The notes below the pieces were generated by a model. It did no database searches and was not told the origin of the DNA. It saw only the letters and a list, made by a program, of their open reading frames with translations. A program made the position numbers and the translations under genes. 64,000 bases of DNA, taken from the NCBI RefSeq assembly GCF_009914755.1, contig NC_060940.1; one strand, given 5' to 3'. Below, in pieces: positions 1-13,811 of this stretch. Each line of letters begins with the position of its first letter. The stretch's first letter is position 1. The stretch is from the human T2T-CHM13v2.0 reference genome, Homo sapiens.

Positions 1-784
1 AATCAGAGAGAACTGTGTGCTCATTCACAAATGCCAGTGCATACTTTTTCTCTAGCTGACTGCCAGGTTTCTCTCAAAGTTAAAGAAGAAAGGAAAGTTA
101 TAAGTTCTTACCTTACTTGGAGCGTGGCTAAACAGGGGTCATAAAAATATACTGATAAATTAATACCAAATTTCCAAATATCTGTGATATTCTTGTTTAT
201 GTTCTTGAATTATTATTAATGGTACGCATGGCTTAATTTCCTATGGAGTATAAAAGCATAATTGTTTTTATCATAGGGTCATAATTATCCATTGTCACAT
301 TGCCTTAGTTTATCAGATTAGCTCTTATCACACCTAGGAGATAATAAAGTAAGAAATGTTAACAAGACTAGGAAAATTGTGTTTGCTTATTCTAAGATGA
401 AAGGAGAAAAGAAATGTTCATTACCTTGAGTATTTTCCAAGTGGACTCTTGCAGATGGTGCTCATAATTGGGAGACACTGGAAAGTTAGATATATTGAAG
501 AGACTAAGGAATATAATACAGGTAAATCCTGTAGCACAGTGCTTAACTGTGGTAGGTCTTGGTAATTAATTGTTTTCTTTTTGGCTATACATAGAAAATA
601 TTTGCCAGAGCTGAGCCGGTTTGATCTGGCTTGTCCCAGGGAAGATAATTGTCAAGAGAGTTCTAAAGATGCCCTTACATTGATGCCATGTTGCTTCCCT
701 CCCAGGAGGTGTGCAGAACCACTTAGGGCCATATAGTTTTCTCCTAGACTATGTAACCTACAAGGAGATTCCATTAAGGGGTAC

Positions 785-905
785 TTCTTAGACCTTCTAA
801 GCTCCAAAAGGTCAAGGACAAAGTCTCTTTTTGCTCGCCATTGCATCTTCTACAGCACCTGGCCCAAAATAGTTGCTCAAAAATATTTTTTCAATATAAG
901 AATGC
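785..905 (+). mobile_element. L2 LINE 3' end fragment
   Basis: taagctcc..aggacaaagtctc..cagcacctggc..tagttgctcaaaaatatt resembles the L2 3' terminus; highly diverged. Confidence 0.55.
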
Positions 906-1915
906 TGAGTATGGACAAATCATATTGAACTGAACTTCTGGATCAGATGTCACAAGATAAACTATGTGCTTCATTGTCATGTGCAGGGGAAATTTATGTT
1001 TGGGTTCTGGGACAGTCTCATTCTTCTTCAATTAAATGGCAAGAAAGCATACCACTCATTCCTAGTTCTTAGGAGACCAAGAGTTCCCTTCAAAAAGGAG
1101 CTCTCCTTAGTGGTGTTTACCGAGAATTCCACTGATATCATGCTTGATAAGACTCTCTGACAGCAGAGCTTCAAGAGATCTGACCATAAAATCCTCCAAA
1201 ATATGCAGATATTAAGCCCCTGACTCATTCAGGCAGTGGAAGCGTAATTTCCACCATCTTGACTCTTCCTCTCCTCCCTAACCTAGGGAAGGTTTGAGGA
1301 GTTGACTGGGAGTAAGTAATTTGAAGCTATTGATAGCATGGAAGGGAGAGGGAAGAGAGGCATCTGGTTCTATTATTTTCTGTCCATGCAGAAATTCTCT
1401 TAGACACAAGCCACCTTCCGCTTTTTGGCCATTGTTCCACATAGGTCTCGATTTTCCCTTTGGCTCATGCCTCCTTCAGGTTGGGTGGCTCTCAGGCTAC
1501 TTGAGACATGCTTAACATTGTGAGATTTATTTTGCTTCTTCCATGACACTGGGGCATGGTTATCTCTGCTAGCCTGTTTCAGGCCCTTCTTTGAGTTATC
1601 CAAATCCTCCCCTCTGTGTCCTCCTTGACCCTCACTTCCATTCCTAGCCCAAGGAAATTTTACCTAATCTAAGGAGAAGCTGACTCAATGCACTTTTTTT
1701 TTTTTTTATAACATTTTGTCTTCTCCGTGTTTCTCCCACATCCTAAAGGCTTAGTCCCTTAAAAGAAAAACCTGGAAGACATTCACTTTTCTTCTCTGCT
1801 TTCCACTCTTTCATTTCCTCTCTTCTATGGCTCCTTTTGGAGCAGAGAAAACCTAGCTTCTCGAATGAGGTGGGGTGATGTGTTTAGGGTGGGTAGGGGG
1901 AAAATAGAGGGAAAT

Positions 1916-2468
1916 TGTGGTAGATATTTTTTTGAGAAGATGGCCACAATAAACCTTTCCATCCCTTTGCCCTGTCCCCCTGCAATGTGACTGCTGCTCC
2001 CCCAACAAGAGGTAGAATCTATTTCCCAACCCCTCTTGGATCTGGGCTAACCCTTTGTTTTACTTTGACCAACAAAATGTAGAGGAATTGATATTGTGTG
2101 ATTCTCAAGGCTAGACCTCAAAAGTCCTTTCAGCTTTCACTTTCATTCTCTTGGCATGCAGTGGCATGATGTGAAAAAAGCCAAGCTAGTCTCCCTGAAG
2201 AAGAGAGAATGAGTGAAGAGAGAAACTCAGCTGATGGCCAGCACCAACCGCCTGACATGGGGTGAGGTCATCTTGGACTTCAGCCCAGTTAAGCCACAAA
2301 ATCACTGAAGATGCATGAGCTCACCTCAGGCAAGACCAGCAGAAAAACCCATTGCTGAGCCCAGCCTATAAGGCTTACCCACAGGATTATGAGAACACAA
2401 AATTACAGTTATTTAGGCCGCTAAGTTGTTGCACAATTTTTTATGAGGCAAGATACTTGATAGAGACA
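1916..2468 (+). mobile_element. MaLR solo LTR, MLT1H/G-like
   Basis: Starts TGTGGTAG..AAGATGGCCACAA, contains AAGAGGTAGAATCTATTTCCC..TTTGACCAACAAAATG, and ends ..GCTAAGTTG..GACA, as in recalled MLT1H-type consensus. Confidence 0.8.
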
Positions 2469-3854
2469 TAAACACCAGGAAGAAAAACATTGGGTAATGT
2501 CTCAATGTATTATTACAGTACAGCTATGCCTTAAATTTTACTTCCAGAGATTTTAGCATTTTCTAATGTCACACTTATGGATTATATGTTAGGAAAGTTT
2601 ACAACATTTAGAATTGGGGTTTCCCCAAGGACAGTGGGGAAAAAGGCAGAGGGTGGAAATGGCAGGGATGACATAGAAGTAGCAATAGTTTCTGAGAAGT
2701 GTAGGGAATAATGGTCAACTCAGCAAGAATATAACTGATATGCCTAGTATATGCCCATGTCCATGGTACTGGGATGCCAAAATAATCCCATTCATCAAAA
2801 ATTTATAATCTACTTGCTGGTAGGGTGACAAATATTAAAACCAGTTTTCCTTCAAAACCAGAGTTACATCTTCTCAACTAATTGTGTATGTATGTTTCAT
2901 GTTGAGAACATGTCCCTAGGGGTCTGCCTGACAGGGCACACACTGCCTCTTCTATCACTTTTGGTATATTACTGTAGCTCCCAGAGAAAGAGCTATCATC
3001 AGGAAGCATTTATAATACGTTCGTTGAAATATACCCAATAATTTACTTTCTGTGTAACTTCTATTGATCATGAAAACTCTTATGTGATCTGTTTGTTAGG
3101 TCTGGGCTTCCTTGATGATATTGATCAAGTAGATTCCTTTGTGAAAACCTACATTGATTAGTTTCCTGACAAGCTGTTAAGGCCACTTGCAAAGCTGTCA
3201 CTGGTGATACTTGCAGTCGGAAGAGTGGGGCTCACCCATAATGTCTTTCTGAAGGAAGATTGAATGGAAGATAGATGAATGCAGACAACATTCTCTGTGC
3301 TGGGTAACCACTCAGTGATTCATCTCCCAGCTCCTTTTTCTATGGGGAGAGAATTAATATCCAGGCAGTGAACAATCTCTACAACAACCATGATTTGCAG
3401 GTTTGCTGAAAAATCCACATGAAACACAGAAGGCTAAGGGGAGACAGGTCTGGTCATTTTTAGCTGCCTTGTTCAAGCATACCTTTGGCAAAGCCATGCT
3501 CCTCTGCTCCTCCTCAGAATGGCAACTGCTCAAAACCCCACAAACAGCACTTAAAATCTGGATGGAAGACAATAAATATGCTTTGTCATCAGAAATTCAA
3601 TGTGAACATGGGAAGGGTTAGAACAATAGGCCTCAGTGCTTTTTGACAAAAGAACACCAGATCACAAGCACAATGGACAGTTGGCAATGCTCATTTCTTT
3701 ACAACTGAAATTAATTAATAACTTGTGCACTCAAAAGAGAACAAGAAGCTATATTTAAGTGCTGCATGTTACAAGAGCTAAGCAAGGGTCTCTAGTGTTG
3801 AAGGACAGAGGGAGGAAGAGGGTAGCTGGTAAAAGAGTCTGACTCTAGCTGGAG

Positions 3855-3990
3855 CAGCTGTTCCCAAAGCATGTGCTTTAGAACTTATTCCCCTGAAATG
3901 GTCTTCAACAGGGTTCCATGACTGACTAGGTTCAACAAACGTTGGAATTCCTATTAGTTTATCTGAGAAATCCCAGATAAAAGAAGTCTT
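3855..3990. mobile_element. degenerate hAT-Charlie (Charlie4-like) fragment
   Basis: cagctgttcccaaagcatgtg..gggttccatga..ctgagaaatcc; resembles the elements at 14380 and 46175. Confidence 0.35.
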
Positions 3991-4124
3991 CTTGGCTTAC
4001 ATGGGGTAGATATTGGTTAAGCTAGTTGTCCCTTGGGTCTAGTTGATAGAATTATTAATTCAGTCAGTGATCATTTCATTAACTCTGTGTTAACATAGTT
4101 TAGGTTGCTCACCTAAAAAGAATG

Positions 4125-4232
4125 ACTGAGGCCCTAATTCTGTCACTCACTAACAATGTGACCTCGGGCAAGTTAGGTACTCACTCTGAGCCTCTGTTTT
4201 GAGGATTAAATAAGAGAATATGTGTATAAGTG
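4125..4232 (+). mobile_element. MIR SINE fragment
   Basis: tgtgacctcgggcaagtta..ctctgagcctctgtttt..gaggattaaataagagaat. Confidence 0.75.
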
Positions 4233-5479
4233 ATTATTCACCTGAAGATAATAGATTAACATTGATTATTAATTCTAAAAATGAACTTGTGCTTTCAAAG
4301 ATGCTATTTTAGTATGTAGAATATTCCTGTTATTAAGGCAATGCCTCTATCTTTAAGGACGGAGCAATTGTATAAGCTAGGATGCTTAACCAATGATGGG
4401 ACAAAGAAACAAAAAACAGATTGCACATCTAAGTAAAAACTGAAAGTATTACAGAAAGGGATTATTTTCTTGTTGATACCCAGTGGACAATAGATACAGC
4501 AAAAATGAAGTCAGAGCTGTTGAGTTAGTGGTTTTGTTTTTATCATGGGCTTGTTGACTGCTATAATAGAGGAGACCATGGGAACACTTAATCTTCACCT
4601 AATAGGCAAGAGGCCTGAAATTTTCTTCTATAGGTCTGTAGAGTTTTGTCTGACAGCAGCCATTCTGAACTTTGCCTTCTGTTACACAAACACCAGAGGC
4701 AGAAAGACAAAAAAGCAAACATTATTTCCCAATGGGATCCTCATCTGGGAAAGCAGTAACTTTTTCTTTTTTTTTTTCAAAAAGAAGGTAATCATACAAA
4801 TCAATAATTTCTATGATAAATTATCATAGAGAATTGAGACTAGTAGTTAAATTCCAAATTTGTAAAAACTATAAAATAATTTTACAATCCCTATGCATTA
4901 CATAAACCTCCTACTACTGTCCTGGGTGGGATCCGATAAAAAGGCATCTCTGTGTCCACTCCATAGCTGACAAATCTATGATTAGTAGTTATTTATCCAA
5001 GGTCACATAGATGGTACCAGAACACTCAACTCAAACCTGTGTCATGGACCCACCAAGTCTAGTCCTTTTATTAATCTCTAAAAAGTATAGCAATAACTCA
5101 AATTCAGAAGGCAGCAGAAGGAAGAGAGGTTAAAAATTTGCTCTGAAACTGTTGGGTTAGAGCCATCTTAACCCTCAGTGGGTTAAGTGATAGATGAGTC
5201 ACCAGGGAAATGGGTGCAAGGGAGAATCTATCTCAGGAGAAATAAAGGTAAAGTCACCACAATCCAAGACTAATAGCTCTAGGATTCTCCTCTTCCAATT
5301 TGGACCTAACAGCTTCTCCCTTTCCTGAATTTTCCCAGCTCTCGCCCAAATTGACTATGAGCAGAACACTGCAACAGACTGTTCTCTGTACATGTGTGCA
5401 GCTCCCAAAATATCTGACACCACAGTTTTCAAATAGAGAAATAACAGTTTTACTTGTCTACTTGTTTTATTTTTAAAAA

Positions 5480-6305
<826 letters not shown>

Positions 6306-7689
6306 AATAAAACCCAGGAGGATTAAAGATTTAAATTTTATACATAAAGTAATAAAATCTTAGCTACACAGAAGGGCTACCACCAGCTACTTGAAGCCTC
6401 TGATTATAAATCCTAAGTAAATGTGAATCCATATGAAAACAAAGATGAAATTCTATCCTTGAACTAAAATTAGACTTTCAGATGAGTTAGGGAGATTGGG
6501 GGAGGGAGAGAGAGAAAAAGGAGCCCACAAAACCTCAGGCATTCTACTTTAATTATGACCCAGTAGAACACCAAGATGCAACGAAGTACCATCATTTTGG
6601 GTTTCTGGGATGAAGTACCAAAAAACTTAGATTTATTCTCATTCAAATTTTGCTATATTCCTATAAATCAGCAGATCTAGTGTGGTTATCTGGTCTGGTG
6701 GTCCCAAAAGCTGTGTCTGAGGAACAGTCAATGGCCTTGTTCAGTTATCTACAAGGACTTTGTTATTCAGAGTAAGATTTCCAAAGTGAGGGAGAATCTG
6801 AGTCATTCTAACTTATAGAGAAAAGTCTAAAACCCTGTATGGGGAAAACAGAAAGGAGAAAAAAGTGACCAAGCAGATGAGAAACCAGAAAAGAATTGAA
6901 AAACAACAAAAAACATGCTGTTTTTGCTGGAGAGTGATCAACATGACTTGCTGAGTTTTCTACAAAACCTTCAGAATACTCTACTTTATTTGCTATTCTT
7001 TAGAGTCTGACCTGTATTGGAAGAAGGGCAGGAGATGGTGGGAGAAATAGGAAGAAGTACCCACTCTCGTCTCAGGGTGGGCAGGAGCTTCCCAAGGGAG
7101 ACTATCACATTTGGCCAGAGTTTGAAGTGTGGCTCACAAGTTGGATTAAAACTGAAACCACATTCCAATCTTAAACCCCTAAACCTCTCAATTAATCATA
7201 GTTTACAAAGAATCTAAAGAGAGGAAATTTTTAACCAACTGATCAAAGCAGCACTCAGAATGGAACCACTGATTGAATATTGACCTCAGCAGGCACTGTA
7301 ATTGCATCTTATTGGCAAATCATTACTAGTTTATCTTAGTGATAGAAAGCACAGATTGAAAGTAGAGAAGCACTTACTTCTCGGGTCAAGTGAATAATTA
7401 GCAGGGAAAAATCTCTCTGGCCTTTTAAAACATGGCAGAAGTGTTAGGTAAGGGGGTGAGGACTTCCTTGCTGGGAAGATTAGAGGTCAGTTTAGCCGGC
7501 CTCCCTGTAACTGTGATAACAGTATCTCCACTACCATCTGAGTCCTCACCCTCTCTTCAAAAATACAATTCTAGTCACATCCTCCACAACAAAACTTCCT
7601 TGACATCCCTGACCCTCATCCACCCCCGTCTCCCTCTATATTGTTCCAGCACATTACAGTGTAGTGGTCAGGTTCACGCTATGCAAAAT

Positions 7690-7830
7690 ATTCACTTTTA
7701 ATCTTCACAACCACTCAGTGAAGTGCGTATTAATAATATCACCACTCTATCACTGTTTCTGTGCTGTTTGGCTAAGATCAAGTGGCATAATATCACTACC
7801 CTAGAGATGAAGAAATTAGTGCATAGAGTT
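7690..7830 (-). mobile_element. MIR SINE, interrupted by U2 retrocopy
   Basis: tttaatcttcacaacc..gtattaataatatc..agagatgaagaaatt is the antisense MIR core. Confidence 0.75.
7749..7786 (+). pseudogene. 3'-truncated U2 snRNA retropseudogene (~U2 nt 1-35)
   Basis: TTTGGCTAAGATCAAGTG matches U2 exactly and is preceded by a degenerate U2 5' end; flanked by direct repeats ATAATATCACCACTCT (7733-7748) and ATAATATCACTACCCT (7787-7802). Confidence 0.85.
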
Positions 7831-7956
7831 GGCTAAAATTAAAAATAAATGTAATAAAAATAAATATATACAGAAGTTCAAATACACCTTATAACCCCAG
7901 TACGTAAAGATGCACTTTCTAAGAAGTATGCAGTAAACTTTGCCATCTACTTCTTA

Positions 7957-8178
7957 TAAAAATTGGCAAACTTTTTCTATAAAGGGTCAGATAGTAAATA
8001 TTTTAGGCTTTGCAGATCAAAGAGTCTCTGTCATAACTAATCAACTCTGTTGCTGTAGGGCAAAAGGAACCCTAGACAATAATGAAATGAATGGGCATGG
8101 CTGCATTCTAATAAAACTTCATTTGCAAAATCAGGCGAGAGGCCAGATGGGACCCATAGCCATAGCTTGCTGACTGTG
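7957..8178. mobile_element. MER58A hAT-Charlie MITE
   Basis: ggcaaactttttctataaagggtcagatagtaaatattttaggctttgc..aataaaacttcatttgcaaaa..catagcttgctgac; about 220 bp. Confidence 0.9.
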
Positions 8179-8864
8179 TTTTAGATAATAGACTCCTTCC
8201 AGGCTCAGCATTATTTCCAACAGGTATAAATGCAATCTCTAGTAAATGCAATCTGATTCCAGAATGTAAGTTGGTCATGACCTTCAATAGGAAACAAGAC
8301 CATCTTCTGCTCCTCCCCCAAGCATTAACTAGCTCTGCTAGATGATTGTTCAGCCACAGCTCAAACATCTCTAGTAACAGAAAGCTCATGCCTGCACAAT
8401 TTACTCATTTTCATTAAGGGACAGATGAAGATTTGGAGCACTTTTGTATTAAGATTTCTGTTTGTTTGACTCATATAACACTAAATTTATAACTTTCCAA
8501 ATATTGAAATCTTAATAAAGTGAACACCTTCTGTCCAAGAAGGCACTTGAAAATTTTTTTCTACTGAGCAGGCTTGTGTGGGGTATCCTAAAAATATTCA
8601 TACCTGTGAACATATGAACGTTCAGACTTTAAAAAACTCTCACCCAGCTAGAAGGATTAGTAACACTGATTTTATTTGCATTGCTCCAGTGAAAAAGCAT
8701 GTATGAAATACATATGCATGCATATGGCAGGTATGCCTACTCAGACTATTTTTTCTATTGTTTCCTTAGAATAAGAATAATAACCAGAGAAATTAAGTTT
8801 ACCTTGAATTTCCACAGATGGTAAAGTTTCCTACAACAACACCTACCCATCTTTCTTTTTATCC

Positions 8865-8980
8865 AAATAGTCCCTCAACACATATTTATAAGCATCTACA
8901 TTGTGCTTGATTCTGAGAAAGAAACAAATACACATACATATTATAGTGTGACCTTAACATCTAGTTGGAGAGACAAAGCA
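8865..8980 (-). mobile_element. L2 3' end fragment
   Basis: tcaacacatatttataagcatctacattgtgc..atctagttggagagacaa. Confidence 0.55.
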
Positions 8981-9140
8981 TAAAGTTGCAAAAATTTTCA
9001 AACCTGCATATGGCCTCTTGGTCCCATGCCAGTCAGAGCACTTCTGAGAACTTTTGCTGAAACTCAAGTGCTAATCAGCTCTTAGAAATGTTACTAGTGT
9101 AAAAGGCTGTATGATGAATATATTTTTATTTTGGCCAAAC

Positions 9141-9380
9141 ATAATAATGATGATTTGCATTTATATATTGCTTTGTAAACTTTTAAGTCACTTTAATTTG
9201 TATTATTTTTATATATCCTCCTTGTAGAAAAGAGATATGGTAAGCAATATTATCCCCGCTTTATAGATCGGGAAACAGAGATCCAAAAGGGTGTTTTTGC
9301 CCAAGGATGCAAGGTAAGTAAATGGTAGTACTGTAACTAAAACATATCACCTGATCTCTAACTATTAGCCATTCCCATTA
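9141..9380 (-). mobile_element. MIR SINE
   Basis: attatccccgctttatagatcgggaaacagag..ttgcccaagg..gtaaatggtag. Confidence 0.75.
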
Positions 9381-10394
9381 GACAAAGCTATCTCTCTCCT
9401 GACAATATAGATTAAACATTTATGAATGCTGCTGGAGTTCCAATAATACAGGCTTGGGTTCTAATCAAGGCTGGAAAGAACAGGAAGTCTCTCAAGCTAG
9501 CTCAAATGAAAGATGGAATGTATGTAAAAGAACCACTTGGAGCACAAAAGCCATAGGGGCATACAGGTTTTATAGACATGAAAATTCTCAGTAATAGAAG
9601 AATCTCCCTTCATCTCTCAGGGTGGCCTCTCCCATTTCTGCTTCTTGGTCTCCTCTATCTCTCACCCGCCAGCTACTTCTTAAAAATGGCCTGACCTGGC
9701 CACCAGCCACTGACCTGAATCTAGAGGCTCTGCTGCCCAGGCTCTCCTTCTATGACAATTGCCTCTAATTATCCTCGTTCAATTACTGGGACAGATAACC
9801 TGGAACTTCACCAAGTCTTTCATGGTGAAGGGTTGAGCGTGAGGTTTATCCTGCATGTCCTTACAGAGGCTGCAGGCAGGTTCAGCAAATTGACCTTCTT
9901 CATGGGTTTATTGAAAAAAGTAAATGAAATGTTCCAACTAAGGCACTTACAGCAAGAATAACAATAGCCTGAGACATAGCAAAAGGCCAATAAGTAATTA
10001 CTCCAGTCAAGTTGCACCAAATATTTATTTTACTTACATGAATTCAACCATGAGAATCTTGCACTGGAATGGAGTTGTCCAGGGAACACAGAGGCAGACT
10101 ATAACAAAGATGGAAGAGTCTCGTTAATCACTCCAAGAAAACAGCTGGTAATAGCCAAACCCCTTTTAAAATTCACCCCTCCCACCCCCTCCCCCGACCT
10201 CAACAGGAATAACTGAAAGTAATTAAGAGTGGATGGTAAAATAGAAAGGAGATTCAGGGTATGTGTGGCTGTAAAAGTTGGGTTAATGGCCACAGATGTG
10301 AAGCTCTCTGCTTCTTCCACCTCCTCTTGATTTCTCCATGCCTGTGTTGACCCATCCTTACTGGATATCAAAGAAAGAGCTCTAACTTTTAACC

Positions 10395-10470
10395 ACTTCC
10401 TAGTGCCTGGCACACATTTAAAATAAGTGTATATTCAATGAAAAACAATGAAATGAATGAATGGACAAAC
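10395..10470 (+). mobile_element. L2 3' terminus
   Basis: tagtgcctggcacac..aatgaaatgaatgaatgga tail. Confidence 0.6.
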
Positions 10471-10500
10471 AAAAGAGAAGTCCAGGGCTCTCTGCCATCA

Positions 10501-10880
10501 TTGTATAGGATGCCTGCAGGAAACTTTCAGAGTCATTCTGACTTTAGAAAACCTGAAAATATGAGGGAGTTGACACCCCACAAGGCCACCCTTATCCAAT
10601 GAGGGACAGAAGCTGGTGGGAAGATAAACCTCCCCTCTGAGGTGCATTCCTCATGGCTCCTCTGTGCATCTCTAAGGGATCCACTCCAGTTGTTCACAAC
10701 AGTGAAGAGCTTGATAATCAGCTTTACTTAGCTTTTCCTCCTTTCCTTCCACTCCAAAAATGCCCCACTCTTGTTCTTTGAGAAAACTTCCCAAAATAAA
10801 CCAACTGCATGGAAACAACTGTGCTAGGCTCTGTTTTTGTTTGTTTGATTGAGGCTTTTTTTTTGTGGGGGGCATTATAG
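10501..10880 (+). mobile_element. LTR16-family (ERVL) solo LTR
   Basis: gggagttgacacccc..ccaatgagggacagaagc..cttcccaaaataaaccaactgca..aggctctgtttt matches recalled LTR16 layout. Confidence 0.65.
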
Positions 10881-10944
10881 GGGGGAAGGGGATGGGATGT
10901 ATATCACACTAATGAAATTATTTGCTTGAATTTTCTCCTCTCAG

Positions 10945-11190
10945 TATATACTCTCCCTGGGTATTTCATTCTCTCCTGTGGATTTACCACCAGCTACATT
11001 CCATTGATTTCCAAATCTATAGCTGTAGCCAAGACCTCCTTGCTGAGTCTTAGACAAGTCAACTAGGTTTTACATAAGAAATTTGACTTTAATATGTGTA
11101 AAAGTGAATGTTCCAACTCACCACCTACTGTCTTCCTTCTGCTATATTACACATTTCTATCCAAGGTATCATCATAAAGCTTATTATTTG
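10945..11190 (+). mobile_element. L2 internal fragment
   Basis: ctctccctgggt..tccaaatctata..agccaagacctccttgctgag. Confidence 0.55.
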
Positions 11191-12664
11191 GATTAAAAAA
11201 TGCATACATGCTTGTATTTTCATTCTCCCCTGTATTGACTGTATGTTCCAGCAGTGAGCTCAGGCTAGAGGGAGGAAATGAGTTGCAATTGCAATAGACA
11301 AGTCTAAGGTTCCAGTACTTGAAAAAGAGAGCACAGGCATATTTGAGATAGATTTGGGGAATAAATGTTCCTGCAAATGGGCAGAACAAAGAAGACTTAG
11401 AGTACTTACACAGTTTTTTCCTACTCACATAGCAAGATCATGGTTGAGAAAGTTTGGAATCCTGGATTGCTGACTACTCTCTGGTCCAATATTCTTTTTA
11501 CTATACAATTCTCTTTTGTCCTGAATTTTTATAAGTTTTTTTCCTAGAAATTTTAGAAGAAGCTCAAGGTAGCTAGGAAGCTACCCTTTTGGAGTAGCAA
11601 TTATATCAAAGTACAATCCAGTTAAAACCCATTAGATTGAAAAAAAGCTGGTCAAGGAAGCAGAGAGCAGGACCCATCATATCTGCAGAATGGAGCTATG
11701 AACTAAACCGTTTACAGACCCTCGTGAAAACCAACTGTAATTCTTGCCCTTGAGCTCCAAAAGATGCCCTCATATCCTACCAATACTGTTTATGTCCTTT
11801 CTTTGGAATCAGAGCTGAAATCAAAGAGGCCTCTTAAATCCTGACCTAGTATATTTCAAAATGCCATAGTTTCTTTTTATGACATTCAAATTAAATCCCT
11901 AAATTGAAAGTTTTGTAAGGTGCTAATTACAGCTAGACACTTATTATTTTGTTTGTATGAATTTATCTAACTTGTGGCCCATAAAATTATCCTGTATATG
12001 GATATCAAAGGGCAAATATTAATCTTTGAGTACATATAACAATAATGAATATATAATAGACATCTCCTACATAATAAATATGTTGAAATGTATAAGGTGT
12101 GCTGCTCATATGAATCTAACAACTTTTCAATTATTTCATGGAAATCCTAATAATGAGAGAGTTAAATTATTTGAGTTGAGATTTTTTTCCAGTTGGTCTA
12201 TTTATCTTTTTCAGAATAGGGTACACATCTTCCAACCCCTCTAATGTTTATAAAAATCATCCAGTAACATATTGGATTACATTCTTTCTTATAACACCTT
12301 TGGACAACTTTCAACTTGGGCTGTTTTAGCTAAAATGCAGCTTAAGTTATTTTAATAGAGAAGGGTAACTTGCCATTGGAGCAGTTAACTGTTACTCAAT
12401 TTGTCATAAATTGAATAATTGGGAAAGTGTTTAACATATTTTAAAGGAAAAGAACATTTTAAACAAATTAGTAGCAAAACTAACATAAATATGCTAACAG
12501 CAAAGAACTCCTACCTGCTTATTAGGTGAGTTATTAAAATATTATTGCATGTGCTATCCCCAAGTTAGCACTTACAGAATTTGATAACATTAATATTCTA
12601 CCTTAAAGTGCTATGCTTAGCACTTTGCAATTTATAACATGATGTAATCTAATAGTGATATTAA

Positions 12665-12810
12665 TAGAAGTTAAAATTTGGTTAATGCTAAGTGCTTTAC
12701 ATGAAACATCATTAGATCCTCAACAGCACTTCATGAAGTATGTTTATCATTATCCCTAAATTATAAATGAGGAAACTACAGCTAAGAGAAGGTGAGAAAC
12801 TTACTCATGT
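12665..12810 (-). mobile_element. MIR SINE, first part (continues at ~13425-13510)
   Basis: gctaagtgctttacatg..attatccctaaattataaatgaggaaactacagctaagagaaggtga. Confidence 0.75.
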
Positions 12811-12819
12811 CTGCCAATT

Positions 12820-13355
12820 ACAAATGTATAAACTCTTTAATTCAACAATCCCACTTCTGGGATATTTTCCTACTGATACTTGCAAATATGTAAAATTACT
12901 TATGTATAAGACCATTTACCTCCACGCTGTTTGTAATAGAAGAGACTGGGAACAGTATTGTGTTCATAAATAGGTTAAACAAATTATAATATATCCATAT
13001 AGATATATCTCACAAGTGGAAAAAATAAAAACAATGAAGGAGCCTTCTATGTGCACATAGAGAATGGACTTCAGGATACATTTTTAAGCAAAAAAAGAAA
13101 AGTGCAATATGATGTATATAAAATGCCATCTTTTATGTAAAATATGAATTTCTATGTTTTGTCTTCAATTTCATAAATCTGGAATATACATAAGAAACTA
13201 AGAACAGTGGGTACCTATGGGTGCATGTCACAGGGAGGGGATGGCAGGGGGAACTAGGCAGATATATGATAAAGTTAAGACAAAGACGTGTCACTGTTTG
13301 AAATTTTTTAATAAATTATTGAGTTTTAACACATATGAGTGTATTCCCTGGCAAA
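12820..13355 (+). mobile_element. old L1 (L1ME3/4-like) 3' fragment nested in MIR
   Basis: caatcccacttctgggata..tgtttgtaatag..ttaagcaaaaaaagaaaagtgca..aagaaacta..acagtgg. Confidence 0.7.
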
Positions 13356-13811
13356 ATTTGCATGAAAAAGGAAAGGAAATAATAAATGGAGTGGGGAAAG
13401 TTAGGCAGGGTAAGCAGGAGAGAAATTCCCCAAAATGACACAGCCAGCAAGGACCACAGCCAGGTTTCAAACCCTGCAGGTCACCCTAAAGCCCTGCTTT
13501 CAAGTACTGTCTAATAGTGACTCTGAGTTCTCACAATAATTCCATGAGATAGCATAAAAGAACAAACAGAACCTGAAAAAAAGGTGTTCTCAAGATTACA
13601 CAAACATTAAAACTGCAAATATTGTTTTCTTCCTACTACACCACAGCCACAATAATGAACATGACAATTATACTGTAAAAATATTACAAAATTTTGACTT
13701 GGTACTAATTCCAACTCACTTTCCCTCCAGTATGTTTATTTCACAGGTAATTGTAGAAGACCAAAAATAAGCAAGGGGGTTTTTAAAGGAAGTATTAAAG
13801 CAGACAGTCTG

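Noticed and set aside
9450-9780. Possible very old MLT1-type LTR
   Set aside because: Similarity too weak to call by eye
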